Assembly: GCA_964188305.1 (NCBI GenBank)
Contig: OZ076898.1
Strand: one strand, 5' to 3'
Source of the DNA: Podarcis bocagei
Taxonomy: Eukaryota
Length of the DNA stretch: 64,000 nucleotides
Each line of letters begins with the position of its first letter. The stretch's first letter is position 1. The notes below the pieces were generated by a model, which saw nothing but the letters and a program-made list of their open reading frames with translations, did no database searches and was not told the DNA's origin. Made by a program: the position numbers and the translations under genes. This document shows, piece after piece, positions 40,301 through 55,300 of this stretch.

Positions 40301-43300
40301 TAAAAAAATTAAATATTGGGGAGTGGGGGGAGAGATACACAGTTTACAACAAGGACTATCAGTAAATTTTAGCCCTTTCCAAAATACTGTTTATTACCTA
40401 AGGCTCTACCAGCTACTAGATCACAGCTTATGTGATATTTATACTGAGTGCCTTCTGCTTCATTGACAAGAAATGGAAACAGGTGGATTTCTAAAGAGGC
40501 AACAGCAAATTAGCTACAGCTAAGAAAGTACACAATTGTCTTGTTAGAGACTCTAAGGTACATGTACAAGACATGCTACTTCCAATGAAAGTATTAATGG
40601 AAATGGTAGACCACAAATCATAGGAGTCCATACCTCAAACTGGGTAACAGCAGCGTAGCGAGTATCTCCAGAAGGGGTGGTGTATTTACTTCGATAGAAG
40701 CCTTTCATTTTATCATTCAGCTCTCCAACAAAATCTATTTTTAACGTCCCCATTCCTGTGATTAAAAAGAGGAAGACAGTTTATGAATATTTGCTGTGTG
40801 GATGTGCTCCATCCAGAATATTCAAATGGGCAAAGGTGTTTGGACTATTTGTTGTCCCTTTGGAATAACCTGTTCCCTCTCCAAATGCCTTGAGATGCAA
40901 TATGTTTCAAGCATATTCCAATTAAGATGCCATTTATCTAGTGTAAATGGCATCTCCTCTCTTGTTTCAGATCAGGATTACGTGGATTAATGCAAGGATG
41001 CTAGGGCTGGGAGGTTAGGGATTCACAACCTTAACACCATGATTACATATGAATACAGCAAAACCAAAGTGTATGTGGAGTCCAAGCCCTGAAGACTTCT
41101 AACTTAGATTAGTTAAGCAAAGTAGGAATTTGGACTTGGAGATAGGAGGCAGGGATGGAACTATAGCCAAGCAGCAGTAAAAAGAGTTTGTCGTAGAAGT
41201 CCTGGGCAACTCAAAAAAATGTTTTGCTGCAGAAGCACACCTAGAGGAAGAACACAACATGGTGAATAAAGAGGAGAACTCTGTTGTTCCATGTTAAGCT
41301 ATTCCACGGCATAAGATGGCAGGGAAGAAGCTGAAGTCACACAGATGAGCTGAACTCAGAGGAAAGAGTATGATGTATCACTTAAAAGCAGAGAAGGAAA
41401 ACAGAGCACAGAACTCTGAGATGCCCATTTATCCTGGCACCTAAAATGTTTGATAACAGCACAAGAATTTGGGGTTGTTTTTCCAGGCCTAAGTGAAGCT
41501 TCAAGTTTTAGAAGCTATTCCAGACCAGACCATTAGATATCTGCTGATTAAATATCATGAGTAAAATTTGACCAGCATTCTGGATGGGGGGGGGGTGAGT
41601 AGGAATAAAACTGACAATGCCATCTTTGTAAGTTGCCGAATACAGCAAAATAATGTCTGGAACAACCTAAAATTATTTGTTTATAGAGCAGAGCATTTAG
41701 GAGCTTTGTTTTTTAAATTATTTTTCAAAGCAGTGTGTAAAGTTTCAGTGCTGACTGTAGCCTAACTTGACCAGCAGTTGTGCATTAAATGCCCGAAGCA
41801 GCACCAACCAAAGTTCAGCTGAACACTTTATGGGTATCAACAAACTGATCTGTCTAGCATAAATAGCTCATCTGCCTCCAGCTCCAAACAGAGAAGCACA
41901 TGGCAAATGTTCCCACAGCACGTTTTGCTGATGATGAACACCAAACAATTCTGTCAGTCAAATTCATTCTGCCACTCATCACAACTCATACCATCACCTA
42001 CTTTTGAAAGGTGAAGCTCATCAACTACCCATTAAAAGTACCCATCAAAGTGAAATTTAATTATTCTAGAATAATATCATGAATAAAACTGAATAGTTCA
42101 AGAAGCATCATCTTCTACCTCATCACGCCCAACCCCAAGGCACAGAACAGTGTGCTGAAGTGCTCACCAGAGTCCAGTGGCTGCATTCGGTCTTTCTGCT
42201 AAACCAGCTTTTCCAGAGCTTCCATGCCCCCCCCCCATTCCCTCAGTGCAACCATAAGGAAGATATTGTAAGCCTCTTCTTCCACTTTACATAAACTGCA
42301 GTTTGGCATATCATCCAAGCACTAAACTGTGGTTAATAAGAATTATGCTTTAGTGAAAGCAAGCCAGCTTCATAAACCAAGGTGATAATGACAGCTTTTT
42401 TGGAGACCAACTATATGTTAAGACTGGGGGGGAGGGGGAGGAAAAAGACTGCAATAAGGCTGCTGCTCAAGACAGTATCCTCATGTTGATTTATCCCCTC
42501 CAGAATGTGTACTATTGCTTAACCTGTGTCATAGTCACCACAATGGACATTAACTTGTCCCACAGAACAGACTGTCTTGGTGAGGCAAAGAAAACATTAG
42601 GTTTTTTCCATGATCATCTCACATAAGCACAAGGCAATGGTATGAAGTAGGAGAGGGGGAAGGGAATATATGAAATGGTGACAAAACAGGGTAGGTAACA
42701 GTACATATTAAAGGGGAGTTTCCAAGGGGGAATCTTGATCACCTGTAACCTGTTGCTACACAACACTGCAAGATCTCTAACCAGGCTTGCAGTCATCATA
42801 GTTTTGGGGGTTAGCAATATATACTATGCATAGTATTTCATTGGTTTTCATAAGCAAAGTTTCTTTATGGGTAACTGAAAACGATGTTTATTATTTGTTT
42901 TAGGTGAGAGTTTTTATTTGCTCTCAGTTTCTCAACACTCCACTTCTGCCACCATGAGCAAATGTTTGCAAAAGTTGTGACAAAATCCCTCTTCATTCGG
43001 CTCAGTATTGAATTTTGGTGCTTGTTGACATATTCTGTGCTTGTTGACATACTTTATTTTAATTTCAGTTCCTTTCTTATTCTGTGTAGTAGCTTCTGTG
43101 TAGTAGCATCTATGATGGCTGGACTAGTATTAGCATTCCCAGAGGGACTGGAGTGTTAGCAAACAGCAGGAAACACGCCGGAATCTGGTAGCACACACGG
43201 TTTAAAATGTATTGTGACACAGCATCTGTGGACCAGAGCCCACTTTGCCAGTTGTACAAAGTGTTATCCTTCAGCTGACATACAGATGTATATATGTGGC

Positions 43301-46300
43301 TACAATCAAAAGTGCGGGTGGCGTGAAGCCAACATTACAAAGACAGGCATGATATGCATGAAGACTAGCATATCACATTACTATACAAAGCCCAAACCTG
43401 GTCAGAAGAGTCACTCAACATGAATTTAATCTACTTCTACTTTGTAATGAATTGGCACAGCATGACGAATACTGCACATAAACTCCTACAGAGGGACAGT
43501 TACTAAATTGGATCCAGACTAGATTAACTGTACTTCAATCCCATTCAAATTCATATGAAAAGTCAAGTCAACTAAATATGAGGCAGTTTCCAGTTACTAG
43601 TGCTTTAAAGGTTTTTGGAAAGTTTCTTGAGCTTTAAGAAACTGGATTCTATTTGGTTCAGTTACCAACATATTGAGAAATACAGGGAAGGATGAGTTTT
43701 CAAAAGCATATTCCAACAGAAGAAAATCCTACCCTGGGGATGAGATGCAAAATGTTTTGGACCTCTACTGAGCCATCTAGCTTCTAAACCAACATTTGTA
43801 GAGAAACCTTTTACCTTTTTGAAGTGTGCTGGGAAAAGAGAGAGTCACTTTCTCATCTTCGTTTTGGTAGTTGAATCCTGTTGCATGGATTTCTGAAAAA
43901 AGGAAAGGAAAGTGCTCTTAAAAGTTCTGAATAGCAATGACCATTCATGTGATGTGAGGACACTTGGATTTTGGAAGAAAGAGCTAAATTCCTGTCCTCT
44001 TTTTTCTTAATATATTTTTAAACCCTTTTTGTGGTCTTCAATATTAATCTCACCGCTACTTTTGCACAATCAATTATATTTTGGAGAATGCAGGAATAAA
44101 AAAAACCCCATTCCCTTTTAGGACCTGGGTAGAATCTACACACAAGTAAAAAACACTGTGAAAATGCTTTTTTTAAAAAGGTTTTGAAAAATATATTGAA
44201 TTTGCCATAGCTCACTGCCATCATCTATTGTTAATTTGTATACTGCATTTTACAATACACATAACCGTTTAATTTGCAGCTGCATAGCTGAGTCCAGGAT
44301 CAACATGTTTCTCTCCTTTCAGTTTTTGTGTTGGTTCTGAATTGCATTCATTTCTTTCCCTCAGCATGAAGCTCCTCATAAATGGCAACACTCCTTGGAA
44401 GCCTATTTCTGAATTTGGGAGGAACTATGCTTTGGAAAGAAACATTCTATCACTTTCTGCTATTTCCTCCCCAGCCCCTATTTCTTCTCACTGTCCCATC
44501 AGAGAAAAAGCCATTCTTAAAGTTATCAAACTGTGTATCCCACTTGCTTTCCTTCAGGCTAACCACATTCAGGTGGCGGAGGGATTGTATGTGTGTGCTA
44601 CTCTCTGCTGACAACTTTCTGATATAGAATGCAGTTCCCTTTGTGTGGCCCACATGCTTCACAAGGTTTGGGGCAGGGGAGGAGCCTTGTTTGGAACCTC
44701 CCAACATTTTGTAATTAACTATTTTATGGCAGCCATTTTATGACTCTCTATGCCTTCCTATGGCAGTCATTTTGTGGCAATGCCCACAAGTACCCTTTCA
44801 AAATTCTACAGGTTACAGACCCCTGCTGTAGCCCTTATAATCCGAGAAAAACCTGCAATATGGAGTTTCTGCACTGACAGCTCAACAAGTCACACCATAT
44901 CTTGTAGCTGGTCCACATGGGAGGACATTCACTCTGAAACTCCTCTCTTTCCCCTTTTTAATCATCTGCCACTATTGCTCCCCAAGCCCCACCAACACAT
45001 TCTAACTGCTCTGAAATTACAATGCAAAGATGCTTGGTACATGGCTGCAACAACATGAACTATGAGACTTCTCTTGCATCCGTAATTCTAAGAACCCCCC
45101 CCCCCTTTTAATGCTACTAAAACTCATGGTTGTGAAAAACAGATTTTTAAAAATTATGGTAATAGCTGCTTAAAGCTTTGCAATGGAGTGCAGTAAAGTT
45201 CTAGTAGCCATGGAAGGCAGTTTCTTCAAACAATTCTTACTCCACAGACACTGCGCCTGTTCTGAGTCCCAACCCCCTCAGCAATCTGTGAAATGACCAT
45301 CAACCTATTTAGCCATTTTCAAAACATACTTAATCCAATGTGAGTGGTATTGCCTCAGATAATTACTACAGTCATACCTCGAGTTACACACACTTCAGGT
45401 TGCGCGTTTTCGAGTTGCGCACCACGCCAAACCCGGAAGTACCGGAACGGGTTACTTCCAGGTTTCGACACTCGTGCATGTGCAGAAACACTAAATTGTT
45501 TAGTAAACACTCCCGCAAGGATCACGTTCGCAACCCGAGTGTCCACTGTACTACCGAATAGGGTATACATCCAAAAACCTAGGTGAATTTTAGGGAATCA
45601 AACATTTACATGGTTTAATTAGGTATTTCATAGAATTCTGGCTTTGCAGTCACAGTAAACTAGTATCCTTACTTTTGCTTCTTGTATATTTAATTATGTA
45701 AATATGTATGTAATGTGCAGTAGGGTGCTTATGTGCGCACAAAAACTATTCTATACAGGCAGAATAACCATATTTTAATATGTACCAATTGTATTTTGTT
45801 AAACAGTGAGAGGACACATGAGGCATGTAGGGATCTCTCTCTCTCTCTCTCTCTCTCTCAGCAGCAGCAGCACAAAGCTACTGGCTACCTACAGTCCATA
45901 ACGACTACTGTAACATGACATTCCTCAGCTGACAATTTATAGAAAGGCTTAAGATCCAAGCCTCAAGTGCTGGTTTTAGGATAGTGTCACACACACACAC
46001 ACACACACACACACAGCCCCACTCACACCCCTGCTGAAGATCAAAGTTCCATCTAAGTTCAGCATCCTGTTCTCACAGTAGCAAACCAGATGCCTATAGG
46101 AAGTCTAACATAGTCTAAAAGCAGGAGCGTTACAGCACTCTCCCAACTTGCAGTTTTCAGCAACTGGCAATCCGAAGCATATTGTCTCCAGTAAACAAAA
46201 TACTGCACCAGTGGTTACCCAACTTTTCCCCACTCAAAAACCACTTGAAAACTGTTGAGAGTCTTGGCAGACCGATAACTTTTTCTGCCTGTTGTATCAA

Positions 46301-49300
46301 ATGTAACACTGTGCTAGATGGGATATGAATTTTTATTGCACCCTAACAGAGATTTATTTCATAGACAACCTAAATGAAGTTCACATACCAGTTTGGGACC
46401 TCTGTACTACACAATAAGTGTGAGTTAAAGAACGCTATTTCTGAATGGCAAACACAAAATGTGAAAATTTTGTAACGAGGCTTAGAAGTGGCTCAGGTTC
46501 TCGTTAACAATTCACTGCATTCACCTACAGTACCATGGTATACTCAGTAGCCTCTTTCTGTTTAATAAAAAATATTCCCAGGACAGCAGCCTGAATTTTA
46601 GTTCAGGGTTGGCATTAGGGGAAATGGGGTTCTTGTGCCTTCAACAGCTGCACAATCAGGACCAACTGCAGACTTTTTTCTTTTCTGCAAAATGCATTCA
46701 GCTATTTATTAGCATGAACAAGTAACAGGGGTTCCACAAAGCTTAGCTGAAGGATCAGGCTGAGTTCTGGAACAAGTAAAGGAATATTGAAGAGGGTCTT
46801 TGAGGATGCATGGATAGAGCCTTTTCATCTTCATTGAACATCCCTACATGCATATAGGATTTATTTGTTTTACTATGAAGAATTCTACTCTGCCCCTTCA
46901 GCATTGAGGATCCATACAGAAATATCCCTTAAGTTAGAGGGCATGATTTCTAGGTAGGTATAAGAGGAAGCATTTCTTGTTCCTTTCTTAACAGACCTAG
47001 AAATAATTTGGTCCCATATACATTAGAGGCAATTTTGGAAACACTTAGCATCAAAATGTACTCATTCCACCTCCCCTTTTTCTATCTAATATCCAAATGG
47101 GAAAATGTGTACAGCATTTTTTAAAGAGTATGTGGGAATTACTTTATTAACAGAGTTGTAAAGGAGTTAAAACAAAAACAGATTAGCAGTAGAAACTTGC
47201 TTCTGACTGGATGTGAAAAACCTGTTGCTTGCATCCGGCTATTTAGTAACACATGGGCAAACCACAATGAGACACTATTCATCAGCAGCATTGTATAGTC
47301 GTATCTTGCACCTATCCGTAACATATAGCCCTGTAGCAATGGCAAAACAGATTTAATTAACCACTTGGACCACAGAAATGCATATGAAGGAATTAAAGTC
47401 TTTTACATACACATCCCCATTGTTGTACAGAACCCAGGAAGATGCCATCTTGCTAAATAGCTGCCTTTGTGCTATCTTGGTATGGATCTCTCCTCTCTGG
47501 TAACCTAGAAATGTAATCTGTGTGTCTCAAATGTTTTTGAGGTCAACTGAGTCATCAGAAATGGCTAACACTGGATTAGGAAAGGAAAGCTGCCCATGTC
47601 TGACATCGCTTACACCCCTCCTTGCAAAGCACCTACACAGATTTTTAGGGAGTGGGTGGTGCTGTGGTCTAAACCACTGAGCCTTTTGGGCTTGTGGATC
47701 GGAAGGTTGGGGGTTCAAATCCACACAATGGGGTGAGCTCCCGTTGCTCTGTCCCAGCTTCTGCCAACTTAGCAGTTTGAAAGCATACCAATGCAAGTAG
47801 ATAAATAGATAACGTTGCGTTAGGAAGCTAAACAGCACTTCACGGTGTTCCGTTGCACCAGAAGTGGTTTAGTCATGCTGGCCACATGACCCAGAAAGCT
47901 ATCTGTGGACAAACGCCAGCTCACTTGGCCTGAAGCGAGATGAGCGCCGCACCCCATAGTTGCCTTTTAAAAAAACATTTACACAGATTTTTCACATGCA
48001 TTATCTATGGTACAAGTGGATAGTCAAATCAATTTGGACTTTGCTATAGGGGTGTATGCTAGCAATTGCATTGGATTTGATTGGATATAGACAGTTGCAA
48101 TCAAGAAAACTGTGTTCCCATGGTGAAAAGTTAAAATATCTTGACTTGCAAGGTAATACATGGAACATGAATAATCCTAAATCATTATATTAAAAAAAGC
48201 TTTTACAACTGTCTGCAAACCCTGCTGATCAGTGTTTTCTGTGCTAAAAAAAGAAACCTGTTAGATATAATACTGTTCTTTACCAAAAGTGTCTAGAAAA
48301 AAGTGTAATAGCACATTGGCTGAGCATCCAGGTGGTACCTGGTCAAAACCGTAGCATCTTCAGTTAAAAGAATCAGGTGACGTGAAAGACCTCTGCCTGC
48401 GATCTGTGCCAATCACAAGCAAACAATATTGAGCTAAAAAGCCAAAATACTCTAAAACCTGGACTTTGTAGCTTCCTATGCTTACCCAGAGCAAAGTCTG
48501 CTTTGTGGTTTTTGTGTGTGTGTGTGTGTTCTTAAAAAAACAGAAGTAGCTCCCTTTCCATTCTCCCCAAAGAACTCTTGCAACATGCATGAATACTCAA
48601 TACACAAAGCTCATTTAAGAAAAGAGCTCATCCTATCTCTTTTCCAGGTAAACCACCACTAGACAAGGGCCTACAAGCAGTGTTGAAGCTATACAGGTGC
48701 ATTCACTCTGCCTGTGAGACTTCACAAGTAAATATAATCTCTAAAAACAGACAAAGGAATAAGCTGCATAAAAGCATTTATCACAACTGTTGGCTTCTAC
48801 AATGTACTACAATTCAATAAACAGAGATTGCCATGGCAAGGTGATTAACAAAAGCTATCCTTGTCATTAAAAAGTCGTCTTAAAATGAGTGTGAAATTAA
48901 TGTGCACACAGAACGCCAATATGGAAATAAAGCCTTAATAGAACTATGCATTTTGAGTTTTCATTTTGAAACATGGGTGCTTTCTTCAACTTTCACAACT
49001 ACTAAAATGAAGTAAAAATAAATACAATATAAAGCTCTACCTTCAGAGTACACTTCTTACTTAAAGACTCATCAGATGAGCCATTTCTGCACATGACAAT
49101 ATTTTGGTGTGTGTTCTAGACTGACACTCAGTTCATGCGGCACCACCTAACATCTTTCTTCAATGTACAGTGGTACCTCAAGTTACAGACGCTTCAGGTT
49201 ACAGACTCTGCTAACCCAGAAATAGTACCTCGGGTTAAGAACTTTGCTTCAGGATAAGAACAGAAACCGTGCGGTGGCGGCACGGCGGCAGCAGGAGGCC

Positions 49301-52300
49301 CCATTAGCAAAAGTGGTATCTCAGGTTAAGCACAGTTTCAGGTTAAGAACGGACCTCCAGAACAAATTAAGTTCTTAACCCGAGGTACCACTGTATTCAA
49401 TTTCCTTGAGAGCATGTCATTCTCAATGGCTCCAACCCACCAATCTCAGATGTCATGCTTGTTTGTGATACAGCAGAGAACATTTTCTAAAGGAAAGCAG
49501 AATAGCTGGGAACAGATGCCAAAAAGGAAAGTAGTGTTGACTGTGGATTGATTGGAACATCAGGCTTGGCTGTAGGAAACCTAGGTTCAAATGAAGTAGA
49601 TCTGTGAGGATAGTCAGAAAGGCTTGATGGGCCTTATGCCTGTATCTCTCCTCACTGAGAAGCATGTGCTTAACCCATGGCTGACAAGAGTTGCCTCAGA
49701 ATAGGGTGAAAGCAAAGTAAACAAATGTCAATCCTTCCATTGAAAATAACATGTAAGTCCAACCTCTCTCTTCCATTGCCTGAAACTAATTGTGAGCAGG
49801 AGGCAGCAAACCTCACCCCCCAAAAACAGACGGATTTAGCCCCTTTACACTCAATAGGATAAACTTTAAAAGCATAACATTAAGCTATGGTTTGGCATTA
49901 TGTCAGAAATGAGCCTGTTCGACTTTCAGACTTATGCACATATGCGCGCGCACACATGCACTGGGGAGAAAATAAAAAAAAACTTCCATTTTAGCTTTAT
50001 AACTAAGCAATTCTAAACACACATAAATGAACCTAGGGAACTTTAGTTTGCTTTAACCTATGGTTACAGAACAAACCAGTATATCAGACCATGGTGTTTT
50101 CAGAGGTGGCATCATTTTATAGGAAGTGGAAGCAGCAGCAATTAAGTAAGAGCAATTAAGCAGCATTGGAGTGTGGCAGCAGTTAAGAATTTAGCATTCT
50201 GAAGGACGAAACTACAAACTGGAAATGTGAAGTTTAAACAGTTTGAATCATCACCGGGCAAAAACTCAGTGAAATTTGATCCCTGCTATCTTTAGATTCC
50301 ATATGGAAAGAAAGCCTGCTGCAACAGGATGGTGCAACAGTGCTCTCAGCAAACTAAAGGGAGGGGCTGAACATCTGCCTTGAATATTTCAGGGTCTGGA
50401 AAGTGCACTTATCCCAACCAGAAGTGCCATTAAATCCTCCTGACAGGCAGCCTTTGATCAGGATGGAGAAGCATGCAACCTAAAGGAATACTCGCTGAAA
50501 GCTTATGTTGCTTCTGTAGTGGTTGTTTCACAATGCTGAACACTCTTCATAGTGTTGACTTGGTATCGTACTATCCCTTAATTGTTTAGCAATTCAGTCA
50601 TATAATCAGAAAACAGAGGTATTCAACTAACAAAAAATATTTCAGTTTATCATACTGTGATAAGGGTTTTCCATGTACACTGAAGCTGCAAAATACTGGG
50701 AAACTAACTGTTAAGGGCCACATCCATAACAGACTAGGGGATATAGTACTCACACGAGCTGGAGGAACAGCGGGGCTTGGTTGACCAGGTGCTCCCCATT
50801 TATGAGTACCACTTCCAGGTACCCAGCACCATGCATGTGCACAGTTGCACACAAATAGAACACACATAAATTGGGAGTTGCCTGTAATATGTTCACTTGC
50901 TTGAACTAGGACTTTTATTCTGAGACATGTGGCACTTATATGTTATCCTCAACCTTTTCAGACCATGGAACCACTTTTTACCCAAACAGGCATTTGGAGA
51001 CCCATTTCTTAATTTTTTATTATCTTAATCTTTTGCATGGTGGTTGTGCTCCTGTTGCGACCCAACTTGGATCAGGCTATGACCCACTAGTGGGTCCTGA
51101 CTAAGCAACATCCTTCCTTCAACGGAAAGCAGTCTTTTTTTGCCTCTACTTTGATACTCTGAGCTGGGAAAATTTCAGGCAGCAGTTTGTATAAAAATTG
51201 ATGCTGTCACTTACGAGTTTTCAAATATTTCCCCACTCTCTTGGTATTCTCATCTTACTGAGATTGCAGTATCAAACTTTCAAGAAGTGAAATGGAATGA
51301 GGAGAAAAGGAGGGAGGATTAGGGTAACAGAAGAAAGAAAAGAAAGAAAATCTAAACTCATCTTTATAAAGAGGAATTGCAAGCTATTACAGGCAATGAA
51401 GGAGGACACTGCATTTTATGAAACATTAACTAAACAGCACCTGGAAGTCAAAAGAAAAATAACTTGACTGTGAAGTGAAGGGAAGAACCTTTGCATTAGA
51501 ACCAAAAAAGAAAAAATAATTTATATTCCAAGATGTAATTTGCTAGGTCAATACTAATTGTGCTTACCTGGAAGTAAATCCTTTCAACTTCAACAAAAAA
51601 TATGCTTAAGACTGAAGACTAAATCAAGAAAGTATGAAGACTGGAACAATTCACTATTGACACTAGTTTACATTTCCTACTAACTTCATTCAGATTACAT
51701 ATGGCTGTATCACTTTGAAATTACTTCTTTCAAGTGAACTGAAGACAACTGACTTACTATTTTGAAGCCACAAAAGCCTGACAACAAGCCTGAGCATCCA
51801 AGGCAGCAGTAAAGATTACATGGGAAAGTATTCCTATCACATAGTTAAACTTATCACTTCAACAAATGACTTCTAGAAATGTGCCAAATTCTTTGCAGCC
51901 AGCATCAAGAGTTATCCCTGATTAGGACTGAAAACTATTCTGAATCCATAGATACCAGCACAAAAATTTTAGGAATCCAGGCAAATAGACACATGGGGTC
52001 CCCCCCCATCCTTGCAGGGGAGCAGGGCACAAAAACTGAAGTAGAAATCAACTGCAGTTTTTCGTACTGAGAGTTATTTAATATAAAAACACAATTCAAA
52101 TGTGGTTTTCTGATGAAACATGGCAATTACTCGCATATTTAGTCTTAGTTGATTCTGAATACAGTGTCATTACATGAAATATACTGCACATGTCATTTTT
52201 GGGCACCTTTCTGTTTTAGAATACTGCTCTGAGATTTCACTTATTATGATCTATGGCTATATAACCAAATAAAAGTGCTATGACGAACCATGAAAGACTA

Positions 52301-55300
52301 TAAGCCTTCAACCAACAGAGCACTATGCATATTCACAATTTGTTTGCAAAGAGCTTGTAGTACAGATTAAAATAACTGCATCTACAAAGCAATTTCTGAA
52401 ATTACAGAGTGGCCAGATGGATATGTCAATTAATTAATGATTCCAAATTATAGTCCTGCAATATAAAAAAAGCTTGGACCCTGGCCAAAGGTTGTTCACA
52501 ATTATGTTCCAAAGGAAGGACAAAGGCAAGTGTTCAAGCCAGAATTGCACATACTGGGAAGGAAATAGATTATACTGGGATGCTTCCTTCCCTTTTATAG
52601 GACTGAAACATTCACTGTATTTGAGGTTTGGCTACAATTCTGCATTCCTCCCTTCACTGTGTGCCTGCTTCTCTGAAAAAATCTGGGCCTGCATTAATCA
52701 GGAGTTCTCCATTACATCCCAACTGGAGAACTCTAGCAATGTTGGTTAACAAACCAATAAGTCACGATCTGATCAGGTAGTCCTGAGGGCCTGCAGCATA
52801 CAAGCAGACCCTTAGAGTCATCTGATCCAACCTCCTTCAATGCAGGATTCTCAACTAAAACATCCATGACGGATGGCCATGCAACCTCTGCTTAAAAACC
52901 TCCACTGAAAGAGAACCCACCAACTTCTGAGACAGTTCCACTGTTGATCAGCTCTTACTGTCAGAAAGTTCTTCCTGATGTGTCGTCAGAATCTCTTTTC
53001 TAGTAACTTGAATCCATTGGTTCAGGGCCTACCCTTCAGAGAAGGAGAAAACAAGCTAACTCCATCTTAAAGCAAACCATGTGTCTGACTTGGTTTTGGG
53101 TTACTGTTTTGAAAAGTTGCCTCACAAACACATCACCTTTTCCTATCCATAGGATACAATTACTCACTCCTGGCAACAAGAACACACATGCATCCAGATA
53201 AGGAACCCCATATGCACAACTAATTAAAATCCAATGAACAACCACTGACCCATTAAAAGCAGCAATAGAAGGAAACAGACAAATGCAGGCCACAAATCTT
53301 CTTCCACTTGGCCCACTGCTTACTTGGTGCCCCCAGCTGGCTAAACGAGCCTTTTAGCCTTGGACAACTTTTTAATAGTAGTCTTAAAAAATTGAGAAAA
53401 TGGCTATAAATGCAAAAAATTTCCTCATCCCCATATTTCCTCTTGTCTCCCTTCCTCCCCAGTCTTCAGCAAAGACATCAACAATGATCTGAATCATTAA
53501 ACCTTGGCCACCTATTAAGAATGTGAGTAATAGCAAGTGCAATAGCAATGCAGTGAATAAGTGCACTGGCTTGGCTCTTTGCAACAAAGCTTTGACCCAA
53601 ACTGACTGACCACTATCCTATCAGTAGCACTACAACTCTGCTTCAAACTCTCAAGGCACTAGCATCAAGATTTTATTTGCCAGTGATTTTTCCTGCCCTG
53701 AGGAGGGGAATGGTAATTTACACACAAGTTAATAATAGACCACAGTTCTGGGGAGAGAATAATAATAATAAGGGAAAGGGAGGATGAGTTGATCTTTTGC
53801 AGGACACCATTTGCTTTTACAATGTGTTCTAAGATATTACCCTGGGATTTGGCAAGTCCACAACTACTAAAAGCTTCTGCTAAGTGCTATAATTAATTCT
53901 CTCTGGGCAAGCGTGAATATTACACTTTTTATATGGGCTCCATTTAAGAATCATTGGAATGTCACCACAAATTTTCAAAAACTCTTAACCCTCCCCTTCC
54001 CCCAAGCTGAGAAGAACAGCTCAATCATCTAAATGCCTTCTGTAACATCAGAAATCGTGCTGGTGGTTGGAAGAAGTTTGTGAGGCTTCTTTACCCAGCA
54101 ACAGGGAAAGAAATCCTGAAATCCCCACCAGTTCAGACAAGAACTGTGCTTTTTAAAAAAATTAATGTCTGAGAGTAATAACATTATCCCTAACTACCCC
54201 TCAACAAAAATTCCAGGTTCTGAGGAAAAAACCAAAACTTCTCTCAAGTCATTAATCAACTAATTTTGCTAGAGACAAACTTTGCAAAAGAGATGAAGCT
54301 CCAATTCTCAATCCTTTAGATTCCCCTTACAGTGTCCCCCTTTCACAGACATTTTTAGCTTCACACCCCTCTTTTGATCTCTGGTTTGGCAACTATGGGG
54401 CAAGATCACAGAACAAACTCTCAGGAAGCTGGCTATTATGTTGTATAAATGAAGCAAAAACATGCAAATACAGACACTTTAAACATATTTATTTCTACAT
54501 AGTTATTCCTGGAACAGAGAGGGTCTGATGCAAGCTTAGTGATAAGAATAGTGTTAGAAACTCAGATATATAAGCTAGGTACCAAATGGCTCCTTAAACC
54601 AAGGTTACAGTTGGAATGTCTAGTTGCCATTTTGGAGCACAACAGCTCTAGAATGCATGCTAAGATGTATGAAGTCCCAGTATCTTAAAAGAGAATGTAG
54701 CAAAGGGTCCCAAGACTTCAGAAAACGAAGTTAAAGATGCCAAGTCAGCCACTAATAAGCAAACTGAACTACAGTCATTCATACCTCGGGATAAATATGC
54801 TTCAGGAGAAGTATTTTCGGGTTACGCTCCACAGCGACCTGGAAGTAACGGAGTGCGCTACTTCCAGTTTTTGCTGCTCGCGCATGTGCAGAGGGTCAAA
54901 ATGATGTCACGCGCGTGTGAAGCGGCAAAACGCGACCCGCGCAGTCACATCTTACGTTCTATTCAGGATGTGAACAGGGCCCCGGAACGGATCCCATTCG
55001 CACCCCGAGGTACCACTGTATATAGATTGTTCCATTTTATTCTTTTTAATTTATACCAACCGTCAGCCCTGTCCTAAAGGGCTGAAATGGCCTCCACATC
55101 CTTAGATCTATTTTTGTAACTAATGCTCATCCTCAATATGTGAATGTTCTAGCCTTTTTCAAAACTTTGCCCTGAAAAAGCAGTTTTCTTCATGTTTAAT
55201 ATTCTAGCAACTTAGTGCTGGATGGAATACCCCCTTCCACCCACCACCAGGCAGCATTAGCTTACCACAAGCTGAGAACTACTGCATATTGTGCAGAAGC

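Noticed and set aside
39755-40365. 116-155 aa ORFs
   Set aside because: They lie within a GC-rich Sauria SINE and are not protein coding
42865-43050. Possible hAT transposase N-terminal remnant
   Set aside because: Only a vague CxxxC resemblance, with no TIRs or TSD found
49040-49091. Possible small cassette exon in intron 2
   Set aside because: A donor is present but the acceptor lacks a polypyrimidine tract
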